Below are positions 29,886 through 39,859 of a stretch of 64,000 nucleotides of DNA, in pieces. The notes under the pieces were generated by a model that was not told the origin of the DNA, made no database searches, and was given only the letters and a program-made list of their open reading frames with translations. The number at the start of each line of letters is the position of its first letter. Within the stretch, counting starts at the first letter, position 1. The position numbers and the translations under genes are program-made. The DNA comes from Candidatus Delongbacteria bacterium (lineage in GTDB: Bacteria; CAIWAD01), in contig OY760505.1 in NCBI GenBank assembly GCA_963663545.1, positions 160,001 through 224,000 of the forward strand. The letters are read 5' to 3'.

Positions 29886-30069
29886 TCCCGCACTTCCGCA
29901 CTTCTCTGGGTCCTGTTAAGTCCGCTCTTCGCATTTCTGTAGTCCTGTGTATCCAGCCCAGCGCGACCCCAAGGTCGCAAATCCTGCATAGATACAGCAA
30001 GGAAAAACACAGTGTTGTCAAGAAAGGTCTACACTCGATTTCACCCCTCCCAGCAGAACGCATAACTCC

Positions 30070-30098
30070 TTGAACTGCCCTTGTTAATCTCTTATCCT
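30070..30098 (+). promoter_or_regulatory. Candidate sigma70 promoter for intI
   Basis: TTGAAC-N17-TATCCT about 35 bp upstream of the GTG start, which has a GGAG RBS. Confidence 0.4.
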
Positions 30099-30133
30099 GA
30101 CAGCAGCTACGTACTTAACAGGGTGGAGTTAAC

Positions 30134-31094
30134 GTGACAGGGCAAAGATTGCGAGACCTGTTCCATGCATCATGCCGTAAGCGACATCTTAGCGAAAGCA
30201 CCGAGCGTGTCTATTGGCACTGGATCCTCAGTTTCTTGAGATTTCATGAATTGCAGCATCCACTTAGTCTGGGATCAAATGAGGTTGAACACTTCCTTTC
30301 ACACCTTGCCGTCCAGCAAAGTGTGGCCCCTTCGACTCAGACCCAGGCCCTGTGCTCCATTGTTTTCCTATACCGAAGTGTTCTACACCACGACATTGGC
30401 GATTTTTCGAGCTTCACCAGGGCCAAACCATCGAAGCACCTCCCGGTAGTGCTTTCGCGACAGGAAGTTCGGTCGCTGCTGGACAACCTAGAAGGTGTCT
30501 TCCGTCTGCAGGCCTCGCTACTCTATGGTGCCGGATTGCGCCTGACTGAATGCATGACTTTGCGAGTCAAAGACATCGACTTCGACAGGAATACCCTGTT
30601 CGTGCGGCAAGGCAAGGGCGCCAAGGACCGCAGTGCAGTGCTTCCCGATGCCATCAAGACTTCGCTGCATCAGCACGTGCTAGACCTCAGCGAGAGACAC
30701 AAACGCGATGTTGCACATGGCGTACATGTGCCTCTTCCTGGCGCTCTGGCACGCAAGTATCCCAATGCGAATCGGTCCTTAGCCTGGTATTGGTTGTTCC
30801 CATCTGCTGAAGTTCATCGATCAGAACAGGGTGGCGAACGCTGGCACCAGTCGCCAGCAACTCTGCAAAGGGCTGTTTCTACTGCCATTAAAAAAAGCGG
30901 GAATCTTGAAGCATGCGGGATGCCACACTCTGCGCCATAGCTTCGCTACACACTTGCTGGAATCCGGCACTGACTTGCGCACAATTCAGACGCTGTTGGG
31001 CCACGCCGACATTCGCACTACTATGATCTACACCCACGTTCTCGAAATGCACTCGTCTGGAGTTCGCAGTCCGCTGGAATTCGCACTTCGCTGA
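30134..31094 (+). pseudogene. intI: Integron integrase, frameshifted at an A7 run (30890-30896)
   Basis: FLSHLAVQQSVAPSTQTQAL, LPVVLS, LLYGAGLRLTEC..LRVKDIDF, GKGAKDR, and the IntI-specific insertion V.LPGALARKYPNA..W.WLFPS. The catalytic [23 protein letters not shown] lies in the +1 frame. Confidence 0.92.
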
Positions 31095-31291
31095 TCGCGT
31101 ATCGGACAATCAGACGTGCTCGGCTTGGACAAATCCTTTGGCTCGGGAAAGGATGACTGCAACAGTGTCTGACCTTCAGCCCTTCCTTGCTAGCCTTTTG
31201 AGCGCCATCCCCCAGCTGCATCCCAGGCTGGCATTCCAACAAGACAAGCTCAACAACCAGCGTATCAATTCATAACAGCTGCATCCACAAA

Positions 31292-31647
31292 CACATGGCA
31301 ACAGCCAGGCCCGGCCAGGTGTGATGCCCGCTTCGCGTCCATCACCTCGACGAAGCCCCGCATCTCATTCGACTGTATCCGCAACTCCGCTTAACTGCGG
31401 GTCTTCGTCCACAGGCATTCAGGGCTTTCTGTCGAAGATGAGAGGTAGAATCGGCTCCGCCGAATCTACACGCATTCCGGCCACTGTATCCCACAGCTTG
31501 TCTATCACACGAAACTAACCAAGTCCATTGATCCACGGCATCAGGAAATGTCGCACGTGAAAGCCGAGTTGACTCCGGGCTTTGTCCCGGCGTCAACTCG
31601 GGTTGAACAAGTTGGCGTATCACATGGCAACAGCCAGGCCCGGCCAG
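31292..31647 (+). repeat. Perfect 27-bp direct repeat pair (31292-31318, 31621-31647) flanking a hairpin-rich 302-bp spacer
   Basis: CACATGGCAACAGCCAGGCCCGGCCAG occurs twice. Confidence 0.9.
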
Positions 31648-31890
31648 CGGAAGCTGACGAGTCGTCAGCTGACTCTGGACGGGCGAGCGTTTTCTTTGCG
31701 CCGGTTTCTTTGACGCGACAAAGAAAGCGGCATCTTTGGGCTTAGCGCAAGCGTACGCCCCGCGCCAGCGGCAAAGAGCACAAACAGCAACATGCTACTA
31801 CAGCTGAATAGCGGCACTTCGACCCCAACTGAAGAAAAGAGCCCCGCGCGGGCATGGCGCTCGGCGAAGCCAAATCCTACATTGATTGCC

Positions 31891-32550
31891 ATGAAAGGCT
31901 TCATCGGCATCGCAGGCAACATCGGCGTTGGCAAAACCACACTCACCGACTGGCTGGCCACCCACCTGAACTGGGACCCCTACTACGAGAGCGTGGCGGA
32001 CAATCCCTTCCTGGCCGACTTCTACGGCAACATGGACCGCTGGGCCTTTCACCTGCAGATCTACTTCCTGCAAAGCCGCTACAGCAGCCATCTTGAGATG
32101 TGCGAAGGCGAGCGCGGCGTCATTCAGGACCGCACCATCTGGGAAGACGTGGAAATCTTCGCGCGCAACCTCACCGAAACCGGACGCATGAGCCAGCGCG
32201 AATGGCACACCTACCGCCACCTCTTCTACAACATGTGCCAGTTCCTGCGCCAACCGGATCTGATCCTCTACCTGCGCGCCTCCGTCGACACACTGAAGGA
32301 GCGCATCCGCAAGCGTGGCCGCGAGTACGAACAGAGTATCGATCCGCTGTATCTGGAGCAGCTGAATTCGCTGTACGAGCGCTGGATCGCCGGTCTGCGC
32401 GATCAACCCGTGCTGGTCATCGACGCCGACAAGCTGGATATTCTGCAGGACGACCGCAAAATGAAGCGTCTGCTGGAGGCCGTCGAGCGCGAACTCAGCC
32501 GCCACCAGCTCACCCTAAGCCTCGGGCACTCGCCCGCTCCGGCAGAATAG
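31891..32550 (+). CDS. Deoxynucleoside kinase (dCK/dGK family)
   Basis: IAGNIGVGKTT P-loop, YESVADNPFL.DFY, IQDRTIWED, PDLILYL, RIRKRGREYE. Confidence 0.93.
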   Translation: MKGFIGIAGNIGVGKTTLTDWLATHLNWDPYYESVADNPFLADFYGNMDRWAFHLQIYFLQSRYSSHLEMCEGERGVIQDRTIWEDVEIFARNLTETGRMSQREWHTYRHLFYNMCQFLRQPDLILYLRASVDTLKERIRKRGREYEQSIDPLYLEQLNSLYERWIAGLRDQPVLVIDADKLDILQDDRKMKRLLEAVERELSRHQLTLSLGHSPAPAE

Positions 32551-32799
32551 ACGTACCACAGCCCAATCCATGTTTCTGCCACACTCGCCCTTTGGAAGGC
32601 GGCGTTTGCTGCACACCCGCATTCGCTTTTGCCGGCTTGGCCTCGTATCACGCCCGCGCCTCGCGGGTGCGCGGGCGTTGGGTGCTCTCCCTTGCTATCG
32701 CCACGATCCCGGCTGCGATGTAGCACAAAGAGAACTCCCGCCTCCAAGTGCTTCGTAAAGCCCTCAAAGGCGGGAGCGTGATTCACGCAGCAAAGCAGA

Positions 32800-34389
32800 T
32801 CATTCGTCCGGCAGAATAGTGATCAAACGATAGAAGCCTTGTCCGCCCCGGTGCGGCTCTACATAGAAGGTGTCGGCGGTTTCCGTTAGCGTGGACCACG
32901 GTCCGTCGAAGCTGGAGGCCTGCTCCAGACGATAACTCAGCGCCAGACTGTCGGCCAGCCAATTGAACTCCAGGCGATATTCATTCGCATTGAAATGCAG
33001 GCGCAGCGGACCCATCGGCTCACTGTGCTGGCCCCAGATGGCAATGGCATGAGCCGCATTTGACAGGTTCAATCGCCCACCACTCACAGTGCAAGTAGCC
33101 AGCGTCGGTAAAATGTCCACATTGTCCAGGATCAACTGCTTCAGCACCAGCGCCATGCCAGCTGGATCGGCAGCAAAGGCCTCGCAGAATTCCAAACTCG
33201 CTACCGTATGCATGAAGGCGATGCTGCCGGTGACGTGAGGCGAACTCATGCTGGTTCCGCTCAGGTTCTGGGTTCCCGTTGGCGGATACAGCGAAAGGAT
33301 CGTGGTGCCCGGTGCTCCCAGGTCGATCGTTGTCAGGCCGTAGGCGGCGCCTGAACTCAATGCATCCACGCTGGTTGTATTCGTGCAGCTGATCATCCAG
33401 TCGCTGCTGCAGGAAGTGGGCACGTCGCCCAAAACATCCACGTTGGCTGAAATATTCATAGTACTGGCCACAGACAGAATGCCCACCTGCCCCAGCGTGT
33501 CGAACATGTCATTCCAGGCGGTAAAGTTCTCACTGGTGCAATCGCCGTAGTTGTAGCCGAAACTGGAATTGATGGCAACCACATTTGCGCCTTCGCTACC
33601 CTCGGTGTCCAGCCAGCGCTGCTTCATGGTCAGCGCGTAGGTATAGGCGGCGACTGCAGTCGAAGTCAGGGTAGAACTGCCCGCGATGGGCAAGAGCGGC
33701 ACGTTCCAGCACACGCCAGCAATCTGGTTGTCGTTGTCGCCGCGTGCCACGGCGATGCCCGCGACATGAGTACCGTGTCCGCCACTGGGCAACACGCCAT
33801 CGCCGCCGTAGATATCCCAGCCGCACACATCGTCGATGTAGCCGTTCTCATCGTCGTCAATGCCGTTACCGGCGATCTCCGCCTCGTTGTGCCACAGGTT
33901 CGGCGCCAGATCCGGATGTTCGACCGCAAAGCCGTTGTCCACGACGCACGCCACAATTTGCTGCCCAAGGGCGTTCAGGCTGTCGGTGCCCAGCTCCCAG
34001 GCCTCCGGAGCATCGATATCCGAGTCAATGATGCCCTCGTTCTCGGTGGTGTTGTGCAATGCCCACTGATTGTAAAACATGGGATCGTCGGGTAACACAA
34101 TACGCTCACTCAGAATGTGATCCGGCTGCGCCCAGCGAATAAGGCTATCCTGGCGTAGGAGGGCGCAGGCCTCCTCCACGCTCAGATCCACAGGCAAGGC
34201 CACCTGCCAGATTTCGAGCTGCGGACACAGTAGTTTCTGCGCCTCCATGTCCAGCGCTTTCAGAACCAGCTCCTGTTCCACTCGCTCGCCGCCGGGCTGC
34301 CAGCGCAGCAATACTCGCTGTGGCACATAGGACGCGGCCAGGGCAACATGGGCAGCGCAAAGGAAAAACAGTAGGTATGTTCTCATCAT
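32800..34389 (-). CDS. Secreted S8 (subtilisin-like) serine peptidase
   Basis: Signal peptide; VVDNG, HGTHVAG, GTSMSSPHVTG catalytic triad; small C-terminal beta domain. Confidence 0.92.
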   Translation of the reverse strand: MMRTYLLFFLCAAHVALAASYVPQRVLLRWQPGGERVEQELVLKALDMEAQKLLCPQLEIWQVALPVDLSVEEACALLRQDSLIRWAQPDHILSERIVLPDDPMFYNQWALHNTTENEGIIDSDIDAPEAWELGTDSLNALGQQIVACVVDNGFAVEHPDLAPNLWHNEAEIAGNGIDDDENGYIDDVCGWDIYGGDGVLPSGGHGTHVAGIAVARGDNDNQIAGVCWNVPLLPIAGSSTLTSTAVAAYTYALTMKQRWLDTEGSEGANVVAINSSFGYNYGDCTSENFTAWNDMFDTLGQVGILSVASTMNISANVDVLGDVPTSCSSDWMISCTNTTSVDALSSGAAYGLTTIDLGAPGTTILSLYPPTGTQNLSGTSMSSPHVTGSIAFMHTVASLEFCEAFAADPAGMALVLKQLILDNVDILPTLATCTVSGGRLNLSNAAHAIAIWGQHSEPMGPLRLHFNANEYRLEFNWLADSLALSYRLEQASSFDGPWSTLTETADTFYVEPHRGGQGFYRLITILPDE

Positions 34390-34483
34390 TTTCTCCCATC
34401 CAGCATTGCAGCATAATCTAGCAGCCAAAAGCGGAAGGCCAAGCCTTTTCTTGAGTGAAGGCAAAATCGCTGCCGTGTATCAC

Positions 34484-34514
34484 AAAAAAGCCCGCCTCTT
34501 GCCGAAGCGGGCTT
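34484..34514 (-). terminator. Rho-independent terminator ending the TonB-receptor/PorV operon
   Basis: AAGCCCGC..GCGGGCTT stem with a T-tract on the minus strand. Confidence 0.7.
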
Positions 34515-34536
34515 CTGGGTTCCTCTCAGGTCGAAC

Positions 34537-36021
34537 TCACTGCGTTGGCAGATCGTCTGACGAAATGGAAAGCTGGAACAGGTAAATGGTGCTGCCCAGG
34601 CTGTCTTGATCGGCGACGAAAACCGTCTCGTCGTAGGTTGAAGTGCGATCGCTACGGTTACCAAACACCGCTACAGATTGGGGGCTGATCAGCTGATCGT
34701 ACTCCCAGCTCTTGATGAAGCGGGTTTGCGCCGCAAGAATCAGCGTGCTATCCACAAGGGCGCCGTCTATGGTGTAGACCGTATCCAGCACCGCCACTGT
34801 TGTATCATAGCTGATTCCATCGATCACCAGAGTAGTATCGGTCAACACGCCCCGGTTGGTATAGAGCTCCGGTTCAAGAATACGCGAAGCGCCGCAGGGA
34901 TAGAGGTAGTCGCCGCTGGTGTTGAACACTTTGATACAGCGCGCGCCCTCATCCGCCACCAGAATCTTGTCATTGGTGTAGGTTACATCCAGGGGCTTGC
35001 TGAAAAAGCCCAGAGCGGAGATTTCACCTTCATAGAGATTGGCATCGTAGGACCAGTTCTCGTTGCCGTAATACTCCCACTCCAAGCGCTGAACAGGGAT
35101 GAGACTCCCCGTTGAATTGACAAGGTAGATATCGCCATAGGGATCAACCTCAAGAGCCCGAGGCTCCCAGACGCTGCCTGCGCCGGTTCCCGGATAGCCG
35201 ATCTGGTCCTCTTCGCCCTCTTCGTACAAATAGACCAGCGGCACATCGGGATCGCTGGTAAAGAGCACAGCATAAGGCACCAAGAAAAGATGCGAGATCT
35301 CGTCGCCGGCGGGTTTGCTAACGCCGTAGAACAACTCTCGATGACCCGAACGGCCACCCGACACAGCGTCAATAGAATAGGTGCTTCCACCTTCGTAAAG
35401 CACCTGCAGTCCCGCCAGCGGCACCCACTCCGTAGGAGCCATTTCGGTACCGCCAACCAGGGTCAGATCTCCCAGTCGCTGATACTGCACCAGGTCCACC
35501 AGGAACTCACCCGTCAGGCCGTAGCCTTCAACGACACGGGCAAACTCCTCAATGCTCAGATCGAACTCGCCCGTTTCGTCGCTGCTGAAGCGCAAGTCAC
35601 GATAGGCGGCGACAACGGGTAGACGATTGGCCTGCAGATTAAAACTGTAGATGCGCGCACTGCCGTCGGCCAGAAACAGAAGCTGCTCCGGCCCAACCGC
35701 CAGACTGCGCACACCCGGCAAGCGCAGCGTATCCTGAAAGGTCTCCATCGTGATATCATTCAAGGCCTGGTCCCAGACACGGACGATGCCCAGAGCCGAA
35801 TCCGCCGCGTAGATATGGCCATCATCATCGATGAACACATCGCGAACGGCGCTGCCCAGCGGCAACTCGATGTTTGTGGTCAGCTTCAGCCAAGTGGTGT
35901 CCGCGCCCAACGTAGTATCGCCGGAATGCTCCACTTGCGGTAAGGACATGGTGTCGGGATCGCAAGCCGCCAATAGCCAAACAAGCAGGACCGGAAGTAA
36001 AATGCTGGCAAGCTTTTTCAT
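34537..36021 (-). CDS. Lipoprotein with NHL/beta-propeller-like repeats
   Basis: Lipobox LLAAC; GHIYAADS, LFLADG, ILVADEGARCIKVFNTSG, VFVAD. Confidence 0.8.
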   Translation of the reverse strand: MKKLASILLPVLLVWLLAACDPDTMSLPQVEHSGDTTLGADTTWLKLTTNIELPLGSAVRDVFIDDDGHIYAADSALGIVRVWDQALNDITMETFQDTLRLPGVRSLAVGPEQLLFLADGSARIYSFNLQANRLPVVAAYRDLRFSSDETGEFDLSIEEFARVVEGYGLTGEFLVDLVQYQRLGDLTLVGGTEMAPTEWVPLAGLQVLYEGGSTYSIDAVSGGRSGHRELFYGVSKPAGDEISHLFLVPYAVLFTSDPDVPLVYLYEEGEEDQIGYPGTGAGSVWEPRALEVDPYGDIYLVNSTGSLIPVQRLEWEYYGNENWSYDANLYEGEISALGFFSKPLDVTYTNDKILVADEGARCIKVFNTSGDYLYPCGASRILEPELYTNRGVLTDTTLVIDGISYDTTVAVLDTVYTIDGALVDSTLILAAQTRFIKSWEYDQLISPQSVAVFGNRSDRTSTYDETVFVADQDSLGSTIYLFQLSISSDDLPTQ

Positions 36022-37034
36022 CGTCCTGCCCCCTTGTTGATCCAGTCAAACTCGGCCGACATGCGGCGGCTGTTGTCCAGCAGACCAAAGTCGCTGTAGC
36101 TGAAATCCAGTCGCAGATTCATTTTTCCCAAACCGTACTTCATGCCCGCACCCAGCGACCAGCTCTCTTCATCGCTGTTGAGCTTCCAACCTGCGCGCAG
36201 AAAGGCCCATTTCATGAAGCCGTACTCTGCACCGAAGGAGTAGCTTTCGCGTGCGTCCACTGGATGATTCACCTGGGTTGCCAGCAGCAGCTGATGAATG
36301 TTGGCTGTATCACGCCAGACGGTCATTGCGCCCCCCAGACGGAACACCGTGGGCGGGCTGAATTCGTCGTACTCTTTGTCGTTGTCGTTGTTCTCGTAAG
36401 GGGGCGTATAGGACTCATTGGGGCTGATTACGCCGCCCATATTGACCAGAGCCACGGCCACGGTCAGATCGCGCCAGCCGGTCTGATAGAAGGTCCCCAG
36501 ATCAACCAGGTAGCTGCTCATCTTGACTTCGGCAATGTCTTCGCGCACGTACTTCACGCTAAGGCCAGCGGAAAACTGATTTGTCATGCGCGCCGACGCG
36601 GTTAGCTGTAGCAGCTGGTCCGTGAAGTAGAAGGTGCGACCATCCCCGTCCGGGTGGGTCTCGGTGGTAACGGCCATCGCATCGGTAGCCAATTGCGCGT
36701 ACGCCAGACCAAAAGCCAAGCGCTGGTTCAGGCGATGGGTCACGCCAATGTAATCGTAATCAATGTCTGCGGGCCAATCGAGATGAGTGAAGTAGACACT
36801 GCTGCCTTCCATCATACCCAATCCTGCGGGATTCCAATACAGAGCCGTGGCATCATCGGCCACACCCACAAAAGCCTGCGCCATTCCCTCGGCTCTCGCG
36901 CCCACGCCAATTTTCAGGAACTGCAGCGAGGTTGTACCCGCGCGCTCCTCACCAAAATTGCTGATCAGATCCTGACCGTTGACAACGGTGGCGGTCAGGA
37001 GCAGAAGCAGCGCTGCGTTCAGTTTCCTATTCAT
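36018..37034 (-). CDS. PorV/PorQ family outer-membrane barrel
   Basis: AGTTSLQFLKIGVGARAEGMAQAFVGVADDATALYWNPAGL; LRLDFSYSDFGLL. Confidence 0.88.
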   Translation of the reverse strand: MNRKLNAALLLLLTATVVNGQDLISNFGEERAGTTSLQFLKIGVGARAEGMAQAFVGVADDATALYWNPAGLGMMEGSSVYFTHLDWPADIDYDYIGVTHRLNQRLAFGLAYAQLATDAMAVTTETHPDGDGRTFYFTDQLLQLTASARMTNQFSAGLSVKYVREDIAEVKMSSYLVDLGTFYQTGWRDLTVAVALVNMGGVISPNESYTPPYENNDNDKEYDEFSPPTVFRLGGAMTVWRDTANIHQLLLATQVNHPVDARESYSFGAEYGFMKWAFLRAGWKLNSDEESWSLGAGMKYGLGKMNLRLDFSYSDFGLLDNSRRMSAEFDWINKGAGR

Positions 37035-37049
37035 TCTGCTTTCTCCTGA

Positions 37050-39854
37050 CTAGAACCTGATGGAAATGCCAAAGACCACCTGTCGCGGCTCCTTGTAGCG
37101 TGCGGGCGATCCAGGCGGGCGTACGCCCTCGCGCTGGAGCTCTTCCGTCCACTCGTAGTACACGCTGTTGTTTGCAATAAAGGGATCTCCGTCCTCCCAG
37201 GCGCTGCCCGTCAAGGGATTGATCCAATAGGACGATGACACCGTTTTCCAGTTGAAGAGATTCTGAATTTCCACAAAGACGCGCATGTCCGTGCTGCGGC
37301 CCAGGTCCATGTCTTTGTAGAATTTCAGATCGATGCTCTTGACGGGGTCCGAAAGTTCCGTGTAGGATTTGTGGCTATCTACGCGCTTGGCCTGATCGTC
37401 GTCGGGGTTTTCCTCGTTGCCGATGTCGATGTATTGCGGCGAGTATCGCTTGCCATTCTCCCATTCGAAGCGAAGGTTGAAGCCCCAATCGGTGGGCAGA
37501 CGATGTCCATAGAGACTCAAGGGCTGATGTTCGGGCACGTAGAATACCAGGTTCGCACTGGTCACAAAGGGCTTATCCCAGCTCAAGTAGCTCTCGCCCA
37601 GCTCCTGCTGCTCGCCAACGGTGGCTTCGTGCAGCAGGTTCTCTGCGGGGGAAGAGCTCTTGCCGGTCAGCACGCTGGCCGTGGCGTTCCAGTTGAAGCT
37701 CCAGTACTTCTCAAAGCGCTGCCGCCACGAGAGTTCTACACCGCGGCTACGAGCGTAATCGATGTTCCAATACTGTGTATAACTGACCGTTGCATAGCGC
37801 GGGTTGTAGCGATCGATGCTTAACGCGGTGACGTAGTTGTACATATCCTTGTAGAAGGCGGTCACCTGCAGCACACTGTTGGCATTGAAGCGATGCTTCA
37901 ACCCCACCTCGTAGGCCACCGTGGTGGTGGGGTTGAGGTTGGGGTTGCCGATCAGCGAATAGGTGCTATTGTTGTTGCTCTCCAGGTTCGCGTAGACATA
38001 GCTGTACTTGGGGCGTTGGCTGAAATGGCCGTAGCTGAAAAAGAGCATGTCGTTGTCGGTAACGGGATGGCTGATGCCCAGACGTGGCGAGAGCTGCGCT
38101 TTCCAGCGTCCGCCCAAGAAGCCGAAGGTCTCGTCGTAGAACAGGTCACGGGCAGCCTCGGTAACCAGCGTGCCTTTCGCATCGTTGGCGCGATCGACAA
38201 TATCCTCCAGGTAGGCGCCTGGCCGCCAGAAGTCAAAGCGCAGACCGAGGTTCACGTTCATGCCCTGGTAGCTGATCTTGTCCTGAAAGAAGAAGGCGCC
38301 CGCAGTGGTGGTAGCATTGTAGGCATCGTAACTGCGGCCCAGGCTGTAATCGGTTGCCAGCCAGGGGCTGTTGATCTGCACCAGCTGCAACTCGGTGAAG
38401 TCAAGCTGGAAGCCAGATTTCAGCTCGTGGTTATCGCCACGGCTGGCGTTCCACTCGGCCTTCAATGTGTTGGTAATGCTGTAGTGATCGTGCCAGAAAT
38501 CGGTGTCACCGTACTCGTAAAAGCCATCGCCCTGATAAATGGTGATCGATCCATCGGGATTCATCAAGTACCAGGTAGGATCGATGTCCAGATGGCGGTT
38601 GTATTCTTCCCAGTTCTTGTTCTGCGCCGAACTGTGCTGGTTGATGTAGAACCAGCCGTAGTTGAACTCCAGCCAGGTGCGCTGGCTCAGGGTTTCCACC
38701 CAGTTCAATCCCAGTTGACGGCTTTCCTGAGTGAAGGTGTTGTAGTGATCCAGGTTCTGCTCGTACTCGTAGGGGTAGAAGCGCTTGTCCTCCACCAGGG
38801 GCACGAAGTAGCCCTGGTTGATCTGCACGCTCTGGCCGTAATTCAAGGCAATCTTGCGCAGGGGCGTTGGCCGCCAGGCAATCTTGGCCATGGCGCTCAG
38901 GTTGTTCTCTTCGCGCAGGCCCAACGCGTCCATCCAGTCTTTCTGCGGCGCAAGTTCACGGGCGTGCGGTAGATAGGTATCACTGAAACTGCCGTAGGCG
39001 TTGATGAAGTAGGTGGCGGTGCCGGGCAGGCCGAAGGTGGACATCGGGCCGCCCATACTGGTCTCAACGACATCCTCGTTCTGGTTGTCCTTGGGAAAAC
39101 TGGCGGTCAGGTTATCGCGCTTCCAGCTGAAGTTGCCAAAGAATTTCTCGGCGCCCTCGCGTGTTTTCACGTCAATAACGCCCGACATGGCCTCGCCGTA
39201 CTCTGCGTTGAAGCCACCGGTAATCACCTCGATTTCCTTGATCGCCTCTGCGGAGAGGAACACGCCTGTACCCTGACCGCTGACGGGATCCTTGACCGAA
39301 AGGCCGTCGATGATATAGAGGTTCTCGTCGGCACGGCCGCCGCGAATGTGAATCTCGTTATCGCTCTCGGTCACGCCCACCTGCTGCTCCACCACGTCGG
39401 TGATGTCTTCCACCACTTGCACCTGGATTTCCTCCAGATCAAGACGCGTCGAAGAGCTGGTGTTGTCCACTTCATACAAGGGCTTCTTGCCAACGATAAC
39501 CACATCTTCGCCCGCCAGCAGGGCCGGTTCCATTTTCAGATCCTGCTCGGTGATCTGGCTTTCCAGCACGGGAATGGCTGTGACCAGCATGGTGCGATAG
39601 CCCAGACAGGTCAGCTCAAGATCCACCGTACCCTGAGGAACATCCATGATTGTATAGCGACCGTCCAGGTCGGTGGCGGCGCCGCGGTAGGAGCCTTTTA
39701 CCACCACGTTGACCCCGATCAGGGGCTCACCTGAATCCTTGTCGCTAACGATACCGGTGATCCGGCCACCGGCCAGCGCGGGCAGTGCCCAGGCCAGCAG
39801 GAGGAAAAGACAAAGCGCTCGGCGCAGTAGAAAGTGAGTGTTCATGCTTTTCAT
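37050..39854 (-). CDS. TonB-dependent receptor
   Basis: Signal peptide; CarboxypepD_reg-like GRITGIVSD..GEPLIGVNV..GAATDLDGRY; plug IHIRGGR..IDG..TGGFNAEYG.AMSGVI; SPRLGISHP; GNPNL.P; C-terminal F. The ORF-track upstream extension overlaps the next gene and was trimmed. Confidence 0.92.
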   Translation of the reverse strand: MKSMNTHFLLRRALCLFLLLAWALPALAGGRITGIVSDKDSGEPLIGVNVVVKGSYRGAATDLDGRYTIMDVPQGTVDLELTCLGYRTMLVTAIPVLESQITEQDLKMEPALLAGEDVVIVGKKPLYEVDNTSSSTRLDLEEIQVQVVEDITDVVEQQVGVTESDNEIHIRGGRADENLYIIDGLSVKDPVSGQGTGVFLSAEAIKEIEVITGGFNAEYGEAMSGVIDVKTREGAEKFFGNFSWKRDNLTASFPKDNQNEDVVETSMGGPMSTFGLPGTATYFINAYGSFSDTYLPHARELAPQKDWMDALGLREENNLSAMAKIAWRPTPLRKIALNYGQSVQINQGYFVPLVEDKRFYPYEYEQNLDHYNTFTQESRQLGLNWVETLSQRTWLEFNYGWFYINQHSSAQNKNWEEYNRHLDIDPTWYLMNPDGSITIYQGDGFYEYGDTDFWHDHYSITNTLKAEWNASRGDNHELKSGFQLDFTELQLVQINSPWLATDYSLGRSYDAYNATTTAGAFFFQDKISYQGMNVNLGLRFDFWRPGAYLEDIVDRANDAKGTLVTEAARDLFYDETFGFLGGRWKAQLSPRLGISHPVTDNDMLFFSYGHFSQRPKYSYVYANLESNNNSTYSLIGNPNLNPTTTVAYEVGLKHRFNANSVLQVTAFYKDMYNYVTALSIDRYNPRYATVSYTQYWNIDYARSRGVELSWRQRFEKYWSFNWNATASVLTGKSSSPAENLLHEATVGEQQELGESYLSWDKPFVTSANLVFYVPEHQPLSLYGHRLPTDWGFNLRFEWENGKRYSPQYIDIGNEENPDDDQAKRVDSHKSYTELSDPVKSIDLKFYKDMDLGRSTDMRVFVEIQNLFNWKTVSSSYWINPLTGSAWEDGDPFIANNSVYYEWTEELQREGVRPPGSPARYKEPRQVVFGISIRF

Positions 39855-39859
39855 CCAAA

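Larger units (their letters stand above)
25251..31094. mobile_element. Integron: intI, attI and four gene cassettes (cassettes on the minus strand)
   Basis: IntI-type integrase divergent from an AT-rich array of same-strand ORFs, each followed by an imperfect inverted repeat bounded by xxxTAAC/GTTAxxx core sites. Confidence 0.92.

Noticed and set aside
29985-30022. Cassette promoter Pc (TTGACA on the minus strand)
   Set aside because: No -10 element at 16-18 bp spacing that I could support.
31549-31564. parS-like TGTCGCACGTGAAAGC
   Set aside because: Four mismatches to TGTTTCACGTGAAACA; single copy.
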